Of a stretch of DNA of 64,000 nt, positions 56,484-64,000 are shown one piece after another. Under the pieces are notes generated by a model, which saw only the letters and a program-made list of their open reading frames with translations, was not told the origin of the DNA and did not search any database. Source of the DNA: Lachnospiraceae bacterium (GTDB lineage: Bacteria > Bacillota > Clostridia > Lachnospirales > Lachnospiraceae); contig JAIKZD010000115.1 in NCBI GenBank assembly GCA_024682555.1, positions 10,628 to 74,627 on the forward strand. Direction: 5' to 3'. Positions within the stretch are counted from its first letter, which is position 1; the number at the start of each line of letters is the position of its first letter. Made by a program: the position numbers and the translations under genes.

Positions 56484-59138
56484 ATGAATAATACAGACGG
56501 GGAAATAAGAGATAATCGGGAAGAAAATACTGAGCCTGCCGGCGTTGTAAGGGTTTCGGTCAGGAATCTTGTAGAGTTCATCCTTCGTTCCGGAGATATA
56601 GACAACCGCAGGAAGGGATCGGCGGATGCCGATAACATGCTGGAGGGTGCAAGGGTCCACAGGCTGATACAGAGCAGGATGGGTACCGATTACCACGCGG
56701 AGGTGCTGCTGAGGGAGACAAGAACGGTTGACATAAATCCGGAAATCCTTCCTCCGGACACATCCCCTTATATCAATATAGTCATTGAAGGCCGGGCAGA
56801 CGGGATCATCTATAAGGAGGACGATCTCCTTAACGGAAATTATTCCGTCAATCATTATGTCAACCAAATCACAAATGAAGTAAAGCCCGATGATACCGTG
56901 GCATATCCGGCGGATCCGGTATCGGAATCATCTGCGGTTACCATCGATGAGATCAAAACCACCTATCGTGATGTGGATAAAATGAGCGCTCCCGATCCGG
57001 TTCACCTTGCTCAGGCCAAGTGCTATGCCTGTTTTTTTGCCGGACAATACAGACTGCCCTGTATAACGGTTCGGATGACTTATGTTAACCGAGTCGATCA
57101 GAAGATCAGATTTTTCCACGAACGTTACACTTATAAAGAAATACAGAACTGGTTTGATGACCTTTTTTCGGCATACAAAAAATGGGCTGTCTTTGAATTT
57201 GAATGGCTCCATACCCGGAATGAGGCCATAAAGCATACGGAGTTTCCCTTTGAATACAGAGACGGGCAGAAGGAACTGATGTCCCAGGTTTACAGGACCA
57301 TATATCACAGGAGAAAGCTCTTTCTTGAAGCCCCTACCGGTGTGGGAAAGACGATATCCACGGTTTTTCCGTCCGTCAAGGCACTTGGCGAAGGCTTAAG
57401 CAACAAGATATTTTATCTTACGGCAAAGACCATTACAAGGACGGTGGCCCGGGAATGCTTTGACATCCTCAGGGATAACGGTCTTAAGTTTAAAACCGTG
57501 ATAATAACAGCAAAGGAGAAGACCTGTCCTCTTGAGACTTCCGACTGCAACCCGACTGTCTGCCCTTATGCAAAGGGTCATTTTGACAGGATAAACGATG
57601 CGATCTATGATCTTCTGACGCATAATGACGATTTCTGCAGGGAAAGGATCGAGGAATATGCTCTGAAGCATCAGGTCTGTCCCTATGAGCTGTCGCTTGA
57701 TATAGCCCTGTTTTCGGATGCCGTGATCTGTGACTATAATTATGTTTTTGATCCGAATGTATATTTGAGGCGCTTTTTCTCCGACACCTCCGTGGCGGAA
57801 TACATCTTTCTGGTGGACGAGGCGCACAATCTTGCGGAGAGGGCAATGGATATGTACAGCGCAGAGCTGTACAGGGAGGATGTGCTGCATATTAAAAATC
57901 TCCTCAAGCAGGTTGACATAAAATCGGAAAGAGCCCTTGAATCCGTAAATAAAAAGCTGCAGATCCTCAAGAAACAGATCTTAACGGCTACGCTTACTGA
58001 AGAAGCCGCACCGGGAGATGACAGGGGCAGACCGGTGAGGACGGTCAAAACCCCGGACTTCAGGGTTTTTGATGACATCACGGATGCCGTTCTCTCGATA
58101 AACCGGGCCATAGCAAGACTGGATGAACTTCTGGATGAGGTTGAGAGATTTGAGGGCAGGGATGAGGTTCTGGAATTTTATTTTGAACTGAGACATTTCA
58201 TAAACATGTTTGACTGCATGGGGGAAGATGACTATGTCATCTATGCTGAGCTTAAGGAGAATAGCCGACGCAGCGCCAGAAAGGAGCTCATGCTAAAGCT
58301 GTTATGTACAAATCCTTCGGAGAACCTGAAACAGCGGCTGATAAAGGCAAGGAGCACTGTCTTTTTTTCCGCGACTCTCCTGCCGGTCCAGTATTATAAG
58401 GACATGCTTTCGGGTGATCCCGAGGATTATGCCGTTTATGCATCTTCCGTATTTGATCAGAGAAAGAGGGGTCTGTTCATCGCAAACGATGTCAGTTCCA
58501 GATATACAAGGCGCAACGAGACGGAATACCTTAGGATAGCGGGATATATTGCGGATATCACGGCTCAGAATCCCGGAAATTACATGGTATTCTTCCCGTC
58601 CCATGCATTTTTGAACAGTGTTTACGAGCTATATGAAGAAAATTTTGCGGACATTCGGACCATTGTGCTAAAGCAGAAGAATGTCATGTCAGAGACCGAA
58701 AGGGAAGAATTTCTTGACACCTTTTACCGCAATGAGCATGATGAGGTGAGAAGAACGCTTATAGGATTCTGCGTTATGGGAGGCATTTTTTCGGAAGGAA
58801 TTGACATGAAAAATGACTCCCTGATCGGTGCGATCATAGTGGGAACCGGACTTCCCATGGTGTGCAATGAACGGGAGATAATGAAGAGCTCCTATGACAG
58901 GGCCGGGCTTAACGGATTTGATTATGCATACAGATTTCCCGGCATGAATAAGGTCCTTCAGGCCGGAGGCAGGGTCATAAGGACAATAGACGATGTCGGT
59001 ATAGTGGCATTGCTTGATGAGAGATTTCTTGCTGTTTCCTATAAAAAGCTGTTCCCGAGAGAATGGAGAGACTATCGGGTCTGTTCGGCCGATTCCGTTT
59101 CCGCCGGGGTAAGAAGCTTCTGGAACAATCATAAGTGA
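56484..59138 (+). CDS. Fusion of an N-terminal PD-(D/E)XK (RecB/Cas4-like) nuclease domain with an XPD/DinG-type Fe-S superfamily-2 helicase
   Basis: Nuclease-like motifs: IVIEGRADGII, TIDEIKTT (DEIK) and AQAKCYACF (QxxxY). Helicase motifs: EAPTGVGKT and DEAHNL. Four-Cys cluster: CPLETSDCNPTVCPYAKGHF...QVCPYE. C-terminal motifs: GIFSEGID and QAGGRVIR. Confidence 0.85.
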   Translation: MNNTDGEIRDNREENTEPAGVVRVSVRNLVEFILRSGDIDNRRKGSADADNMLEGARVHRLIQSRMGTDYHAEVLLRETRTVDINPEILPPDTSPYINIVIEGRADGIIYKEDDLLNGNYSVNHYVNQITNEVKPDDTVAYPADPVSESSAVTIDEIKTTYRDVDKMSAPDPVHLAQAKCYACFFAGQYRLPCITVRMTYVNRVDQKIRFFHERYTYKEIQNWFDDLFSAYKKWAVFEFEWLHTRNEAIKHTEFPFEYRDGQKELMSQVYRTIYHRRKLFLEAPTGVGKTISTVFPSVKALGEGLSNKIFYLTAKTITRTVARECFDILRDNGLKFKTVIITAKEKTCPLETSDCNPTVCPYAKGHFDRINDAIYDLLTHNDDFCRERIEEYALKHQVCPYELSLDIALFSDAVICDYNYVFDPNVYLRRFFSDTSVAEYIFLVDEAHNLAERAMDMYSAELYREDVLHIKNLLKQVDIKSERALESVNKKLQILKKQILTATLTEEAAPGDDRGRPVRTVKTPDFRVFDDITDAVLSINRAIARLDELLDEVERFEGRDEVLEFYFELRHFINMFDCMGEDDYVIYAELKENSRRSARKELMLKLLCTNPSENLKQRLIKARSTVFFSATLLPVQYYKDMLSGDPEDYAVYASSVFDQRKRGLFIANDVSSRYTRRNETEYLRIAGYIADITAQNPGNYMVFFPSHAFLNSVYELYEENFADIRTIVLKQKNVMSETEREEFLDTFYRNEHDEVRRTLIGFCVMGGIFSEGIDMKNDSLIGAIIVGTGLPMVCNEREIMKSSYDRAGLNGFDYAYRFPGMNKVLQAGGRVIRTIDDVGIVALLDERFLAVSYKKLFPREWRDYRVCSADSVSAGVRSFWNNHK

Positions 59139-59157
59139 GAAATATAAGGAGACGTTT

Positions 59158-60462
59158 ATGTGGGCTTATGAAAGTGTGTTTTATCAGATCTATCCTCTGG
59201 GGTTCTGCGGAGCTCCCTTTGAGAATGACGGAAAACAGGATCACCGGATCTTAAAGGTCATTGACTGGATACCGCATATGAAGAAACTGAATATAAATGC
59301 GGTTTATTTTTCACCGGTATTCGAATCCGATACCCATGGTTATAATACCAGGGATTACACCGTCATCGACAAAAGGCTGGGAACCAACGGGGATTTTTCA
59401 AAGGTTGTTGGGAAACTGCATGAAAACGGGATTAAAGTCATCATCGACGGGGTTTTCAATCATGTGGGAAGAGGTTTCTTTGCTTTTAAGGATGTTCTGG
59501 AAAAAAGATGGAACAGCCGGTATAAGGACTGGTTCAACATAAGCTTTGACGGAAATTCCAATTATAACGACGGTCTGTGGTACGAGGGCTGGGAAGGCAA
59601 TTATGATCTGGTAAAGCTCAACCTGAGGAACGAAGAGGTGATAAATCACATCTTTGATGCGGTTAAGGGCTGGGTCAAGGATTTTGACATAGACGGACTG
59701 AGGCTTGACGTGGCCTATTGCCTTGACAAGGATTTCTTAAAGAGACTCAGGGGTTTATGCAAGGGACTCAAGGAGGATTTCTTCCTTCTGGGGGAGCTTC
59801 TGCACGGGGATTATAACCAGTGGGTCAATGATGACATGCTGGATTCCTGCACCAATTATGAGTGTTACAAGGGCCTTTATTCGAGTTTTAATTCCATGAA
59901 CATGTTTGAGATCGTGCATTCCCTCTTAAGACAGTTCGGACCGGAAAACTGGACCCTCTATAAGGGCAGGCATCTCGTATCCTTTGTCGATAATCATGAC
60001 GTTTCAAGGATCGCCTCGGTCCTTAATGAAGAGAAACATCTGCCCCTCATCTACACCATGGCCTTCGGAATGCCGGGTATACCCATGGTCTATTACGGCA
60101 GCGAATGGGGTGCAAAGGCTGACAAGAGAGAGGGAGATCCCGCTTTGAGGCCCTGTTTTGAAAAGCCCGAATGGACGGATCTGAGTGAGCACATATCAAA
60201 GCTCGCCGCGATAAAAAAAGAGCACAAGGCGCTTAATTACGGCAATTTTACTTCACTTGTACTCACGAACAGGCAGTGCTGTTTTGAAAGAGCCTTCGAG
60301 GATGAGAGGATCATTGTCTGCGTCAATGCGGATTCCTCCGAATATACCGCCCACAGAGACTGGGGTCAGGGAAATGCGCTGGATCTTCTTACCGGTGAGT
60401 ATGTGGACTTCGGGGCGGGTCTTACCATGCCGCCCATGTCGGCTTATATACTGAAAATGTAG
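59158..60462 (+). CDS. GH13 alpha-amylase-family glycosidase (intracellular, no signal peptide)
   Basis: Conserved regions VIIDGVFNHVG, GLRLDVAYCL, FLLGELLHGD and FVDNHDVSR. Confidence 0.88.
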   Translation: MWAYESVFYQIYPLGFCGAPFENDGKQDHRILKVIDWIPHMKKLNINAVYFSPVFESDTHGYNTRDYTVIDKRLGTNGDFSKVVGKLHENGIKVIIDGVFNHVGRGFFAFKDVLEKRWNSRYKDWFNISFDGNSNYNDGLWYEGWEGNYDLVKLNLRNEEVINHIFDAVKGWVKDFDIDGLRLDVAYCLDKDFLKRLRGLCKGLKEDFFLLGELLHGDYNQWVNDDMLDSCTNYECYKGLYSSFNSMNMFEIVHSLLRQFGPENWTLYKGRHLVSFVDNHDVSRIASVLNEEKHLPLIYTMAFGMPGIPMVYYGSEWGAKADKREGDPALRPCFEKPEWTDLSEHISKLAAIKKEHKALNYGNFTSLVLTNRQCCFERAFEDERIIVCVNADSSEYTAHRDWGQGNALDLLTGEYVDFGAGLTMPPMSAYILKM

Positions 60463-60573
60463 GAAGAGCCGGATAAAACGGAGCAGCCCGGAATGCTTGT
60501 TTTTATTGCTTTATATACATTAAAATGGTAAAATATCAATGTTATTATTTCGAATTAGGGAAGGTACGAAAAA

Positions 60574-62310
60574 ATGGCAAAGCAGGATAAAACAAAGACC
60601 CTGACCAACAAAGTGCCCTTTTTCAGTGCCATAAGCACCAAGATAATCGGGCTCGTGGCCGTGGCTCTCATCGTTGCGGTGGGTGCGGTACTTATGATAG
60701 TAACCGGTGAATTAAAAGATGTTATGCGGGAGACTACACTGAATGAGCTTACATCTCTTGCCGTTTCCGCGGGGGAAACCCTTGATGCACAGCTTGCAAG
60801 GGCTGAGGGGGAGACAAGTTCAACCTTTCTGACGGATGCTCTTTCCAGGGTAAAGGCCGAAGGCCTTGACAGCTCCTATGCATATCTGGTTGAGGGGTAT
60901 ACGGGAACAATGCTCTATCACCCCACCCCGGAAAAGATCGGGCAGCCTGTGGAGAATCCCCTGGTAAGCGGCCTTGTCAGCACCATAAAGTCCGGAGGAA
61001 CACCAAAGACCTCTGACGGTGTTTCCTATGTCTACAAAGGGAAGAACAAATATGCGGGCTATACCCTGCTTGAAACGGCGGATTCCAAGGCAATCTTAGT
61101 GGTAACGGCTGATGAGGATGATGCTTTTGAGACCATTCACGCAGCCAGAAACAAAGCCATTATCGTAGCCGTTATCATAACGTTGATATGTATAGCTGCC
61201 GCTTTTGTCATAAGCACGCTGTTTACCAGACCGATCAAGGAACTCACCGGGATAATCGAGACCACCGCCGATTTTAACTTTAAGAGCGGCGGAGCGAAGA
61301 CCGAAAAGCTCAGGAAGCGTAAGGATGAGACCGGTGTCATGGCAAGGGCCGTTTCAGGGATGAGAAGCAATCTGAGAAATATGGTCAGAAGCATCGATGA
61401 TGCCAGCGGAAAGATCGATTTTAACGTAAAGGAACTACAGGATGTTACAAATGTCGTAAACAGCATGTGTACCGATAACTCCGCAACCACCGAGGAGCTG
61501 GCTGCGGGAATGCAGCAGACTGCGGCTACGGCCGAGAGTATTTATGCAAATATAGGATATATGCAGACCGGTGCGAAGGATATCTTACAGCTTTCAAAAG
61601 AAGGTGAGAGAATGTCCGGAGAGGTAATGAACCGGGCTTCCGACCTTAAGGATAAGACCATGGAAGCCACAAGAAAGACCAAAGAAACCTACGATTCCGT
61701 CAGGGAGAGATCGGAAAGAGCCATCGAAGGCTCCAAGGCAGTTAACAGGATAAATGAGCTTACTGAGGATATTATGGCGATCTCTTCGCAGACCGGGCTC
61801 TTAGCGCTTAATGCTTCGATAGAGGCGGCAAGAGCGGGAGAGGCAGGAAGAGGCTTTGCCGTTGTTGCTACGGAGATAGGTAACCTTGCGGAACAGACCT
61901 CAAAGACCGTAGCCGATATCAATAATATCGTTGGCGAAGTCAACGCTGCAGTGTCAAATATGACGGCCTGTCTGGAGGAGACTTCCGGTTTCCTTGAAAA
62001 TACGGTTTTAGTTGATTATGCCGAGTTTGCCGAGGTTTCCGAGCAGTACAGCTCCGATGCGGGACAGTTCAGGGAGAGCATGGGCGATATTCATTCCTCC
62101 ATCGATAATCTCGCCGATTCCATAGCAAAGATCTCGGATGCCCTTTCGGGGATCAATTCAACAGTCGGAGAATCGACTCTCGGTGTTACCGATATAGCGG
62201 GAAAAACAACGGATATGGTTACCAAGACCAGCGAGACCAACGGTCTTGTGGAAGAAAGCCAGCAGTGTGTTGAACAGCTGAAATCCATAGTAAGCGAGTT
62301 CACGATGTAG
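60574..62310 (+). CDS. Methyl-accepting chemotaxis protein (Cache-like periplasmic sensor, HAMP, MA domain)
   Basis: Two TM spans flank a ~160-aa sensor domain. The signalling hairpin is [34 protein letters not shown]. Confidence 0.9.
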   Translation: MAKQDKTKTLTNKVPFFSAISTKIIGLVAVALIVAVGAVLMIVTGELKDVMRETTLNELTSLAVSAGETLDAQLARAEGETSSTFLTDALSRVKAEGLDSSYAYLVEGYTGTMLYHPTPEKIGQPVENPLVSGLVSTIKSGGTPKTSDGVSYVYKGKNKYAGYTLLETADSKAILVVTADEDDAFETIHAARNKAIIVAVIITLICIAAAFVISTLFTRPIKELTGIIETTADFNFKSGGAKTEKLRKRKDETGVMARAVSGMRSNLRNMVRSIDDASGKIDFNVKELQDVTNVVNSMCTDNSATTEELAAGMQQTAATAESIYANIGYMQTGAKDILQLSKEGERMSGEVMNRASDLKDKTMEATRKTKETYDSVRERSERAIEGSKAVNRINELTEDIMAISSQTGLLALNASIEAARAGEAGRGFAVVATEIGNLAEQTSKTVADINNIVGEVNAAVSNMTACLEETSGFLENTVLVDYAEFAEVSEQYSSDAGQFRESMGDIHSSIDNLADSIAKISDALSGINSTVGESTLGVTDIAGKTTDMVTKTSETNGLVEESQQCVEQLKSIVSEFTM

Positions 62311-62404
62311 AGGTTATCACACTGCAGGTGATATGGCGATGTTTGTGACATCGTGATTTAATGGTTAATAAACGGGATATCACAGGATAAATGGAGAGGT
62401 ACAA

Positions 62405-63319
62405 ATGATCTATACACTGACCTTCAGCCCGTCGATCGATTATGTGCTCTATCTGGATAATGAGTTTGAAAGCGGCAGGATAAACCGCGTAAGACATGAT
62501 GAGATCTATTACGGGGGAAAAGGTGTAAATGTTTCACAGGTTCTTTATGAACTTGGAATTGATAATACGGCTCTCGGTTTCGTAGCCGGCTTTACCGGGA
62601 AAGAGATCGATGACGGACTCAGACGCAAAGGGATCAACACGGATTTTGTATATCTGAGATCGGGAAGATCACGGATCAACATCAAGCTTAAATCCGATGT
62701 GGAAAGTGAGATAAATGCTGCTTCCCCCAGGATAGATGCCTCCGATATAAATGCCCTGTTTGAGAAGATCGACAAGATAGGCCCGAAGGATATTCTGGTG
62801 CTTGCCGGGAACGTTCCCGAGAACATAGACAGAAATCTGCCTGCCATGATAATCGAGAGGCTCAGTGATAATGCCACAAGGGTTATCGTGGACACCCAGG
62901 GGGAGTCATTGTTTAACATTCTTCCCTACAGACCCTTCCTGATAAAACCCAATCATGTGGAGCTTTCGGAGCTTTTCAACGAAGAGTTTTCCCCTTCGGA
63001 CATAAGCAGGATCGAAGAGGCGGCGAGACGTCTGCAGGTAAACGGAGCAAGAAATGTTCTGGTCTCTCTTGCAAGCGAAGGAGCCATTTTAATAACGGAA
63101 GACGGTAAAGTATACCGCCGCCAGGCTCCGGGCGGTTATGTCAAGAATTCCGTGGGTGCGGGGGACAGCATGGTCGCCGGATTCATTGCGGGATTTTTAG
63201 AGGCCCATGACCTTGAAGACGCATTTATCATGGGAATAGCGGCAGGTTCCGCCACCGCTTTCTCGGACGGGCTTGCTTCGGGAAGCGAGATAAGGGATCT
63301 CTACAGGCTCATGAGATAG
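62405..63319 (+). CDS. 1-phosphofructokinase-family (PfkB/FruK/LacC) sugar-phosphate kinase
   Basis: Starts MIYTLTFSPSIDY, with GGKGVNVS and NSVGAGDSMVAGFIAGF. No fruA/fruR is adjacent, so the substrate is not assigned. Confidence 0.8.
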   Translation: MIYTLTFSPSIDYVLYLDNEFESGRINRVRHDEIYYGGKGVNVSQVLYELGIDNTALGFVAGFTGKEIDDGLRRKGINTDFVYLRSGRSRINIKLKSDVESEINAASPRIDASDINALFEKIDKIGPKDILVLAGNVPENIDRNLPAMIIERLSDNATRVIVDTQGESLFNILPYRPFLIKPNHVELSELFNEEFSPSDISRIEEAARRLQVNGARNVLVSLASEGAILITEDGKVYRRQAPGGYVKNSVGAGDSMVAGFIAGFLEAHDLEDAFIMGIAAGSATAFSDGLASGSEIRDLYRLMR

Positions 63320-63441
63320 GATGATCTGAAGCAGAGTGGCATGTTCCAATCGGAAGGGATCTGAGGGAAATGCCGGATGGAAACGGACGAAAGATAGTTA
63401 CGGAAAAATAATAAAAATATACGGAGTTTTGGAGTGTCATC

Positions 63442-64000
63442 ATGAAAGTAGATTTGTTTTCAATCGGAAAATTTACGGTTCACAGTTACGGATTACTGAT
63501 AGGTCTCGGTTTTCTGGTAGCTGTATTTTTGGGGAGCTACAGGGCTAAAAAGGTGAACCTTTCACCCGACCACTACAGCAATATAGCGATCTTCACCCTT
63601 ATAATAGGATTCCTCGGCGGAAAACTCATGTACATGATAGTTGAGTTTAAGCGGCTTCTTGCGGATCCCATGAGTGTGATCGGTTCCGAGGGATTCGTGG
63701 TATACGGCGGTATAATCACAGGGGTACTGTCCATATTTGTCTATTGTAAGATCAATAAGCTTTCTTTCCTTAATTATATCGATCTTCTGGTTCCCTGTGT
63801 TGCCATCAATCAGGGCTTCGGAAGACTGGGCTGCTTCATGGCAGGCTGCTGTTACGGAAGAGAAACAACATCCCCCTTCGGAGTCGTATTTCCACCCGGG
63901 TCTCTGGCACCGGCGGGCGTTCCGCTTATCCCGACCCAGCTTATTTCGGCTGCCTTTGATTTTGCACTGGGTATTCTTCTGATCGTGCTGTTTAAGAAGT
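63442..64000 (+). CDS. lgt: Prolipoprotein diacylglyceryl transferase, N-terminal part (3' end beyond the window)
   Basis: This ORF is not in the track because it has no stop inside the window. My frame-1 translation from ATG 63442 reads MKVDLFSIGKFTVHSYGLLIGLGFLVAVFLGSYRAKK...GFGRLGCFMAGCCYGRET...IPTQLISAAFDF, which carries Lgt signature blocks. The SD GGAGTG lies upstream. Confidence 0.85.
   Translation, partial: MKVDLFSIGKFTVHSYGLLIGLGFLVAVFLGSYRAKKVNLSPDHYSNIAIFTLIIGFLGGKLMYMIVEFKRLLADPMSVIGSEGFVVYGGIITGVLSIFVYCKINKLSFLNYIDLLVPCVAINQGFGRLGCFMAGCCYGRETTSPFGVVFPPGSLAPAGVPLIPTQLISAAFDFALGILLIVLFKK

Overview
This is a chromosomal segment of a Firmicutes/Clostridia genome. It looks Lachnospiraceae-like; that is an inference from the protein families, the choline-binding-type wall repeats and the rho-rpmE-DUF1385-prmC-prfA gene order. 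I support about 45 protein genes, nearly all on the + strand. I saw no rRNA or tRNA genes, no transposase or integrase, no cas genes and no prophage. Housekeeping genes (guaB, purH, rho, rpmE, prmC, prfA, mtnA, rarA, lgt, an rRNA m5C methyltransferase, a nucleobase permease) are interleaved with a large cell-envelope decoration set. That set comprises a giant surface protein, a wall-anchored esterase, two MBOAT O-acyltransferases, Fkp (GDP-fucose salvage), a CapD/WbpM-type dehydratase, a polyprenyl-P GT2, a split 4-TM flippase-like pair and two GT-C membrane glycosyltransferases. Also present are two GGDEF-EAL proteins, an MCP, GH2 and GH13 enzymes, and several uncharacterised modules. The most unusual, unexplained structure is a non-coding array of ten exactly 53-bp-phased units (29494-30023) between the two convergent GT-C genes. 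Each unit holds a 37-nt element with perfect 8-nt inverted-repeat ends plus a purine-rich 16-nt linker; it is not a CRISPR array. Other candidates worth follow-up are a TetR regulator fused to a ~520-aa disordered, prion-like tail, a translationally coupled DUF5685-like/J-domain pair whose J-protein ends in a cysteine string, a PD-(D/E)XK-XPD/DinG fusion helicase, a duplicated CxxC...CxHH protein, and twin near-identical promoters in front of two envelope operons. All functional calls come from motif recognition by eye; no database search was run.
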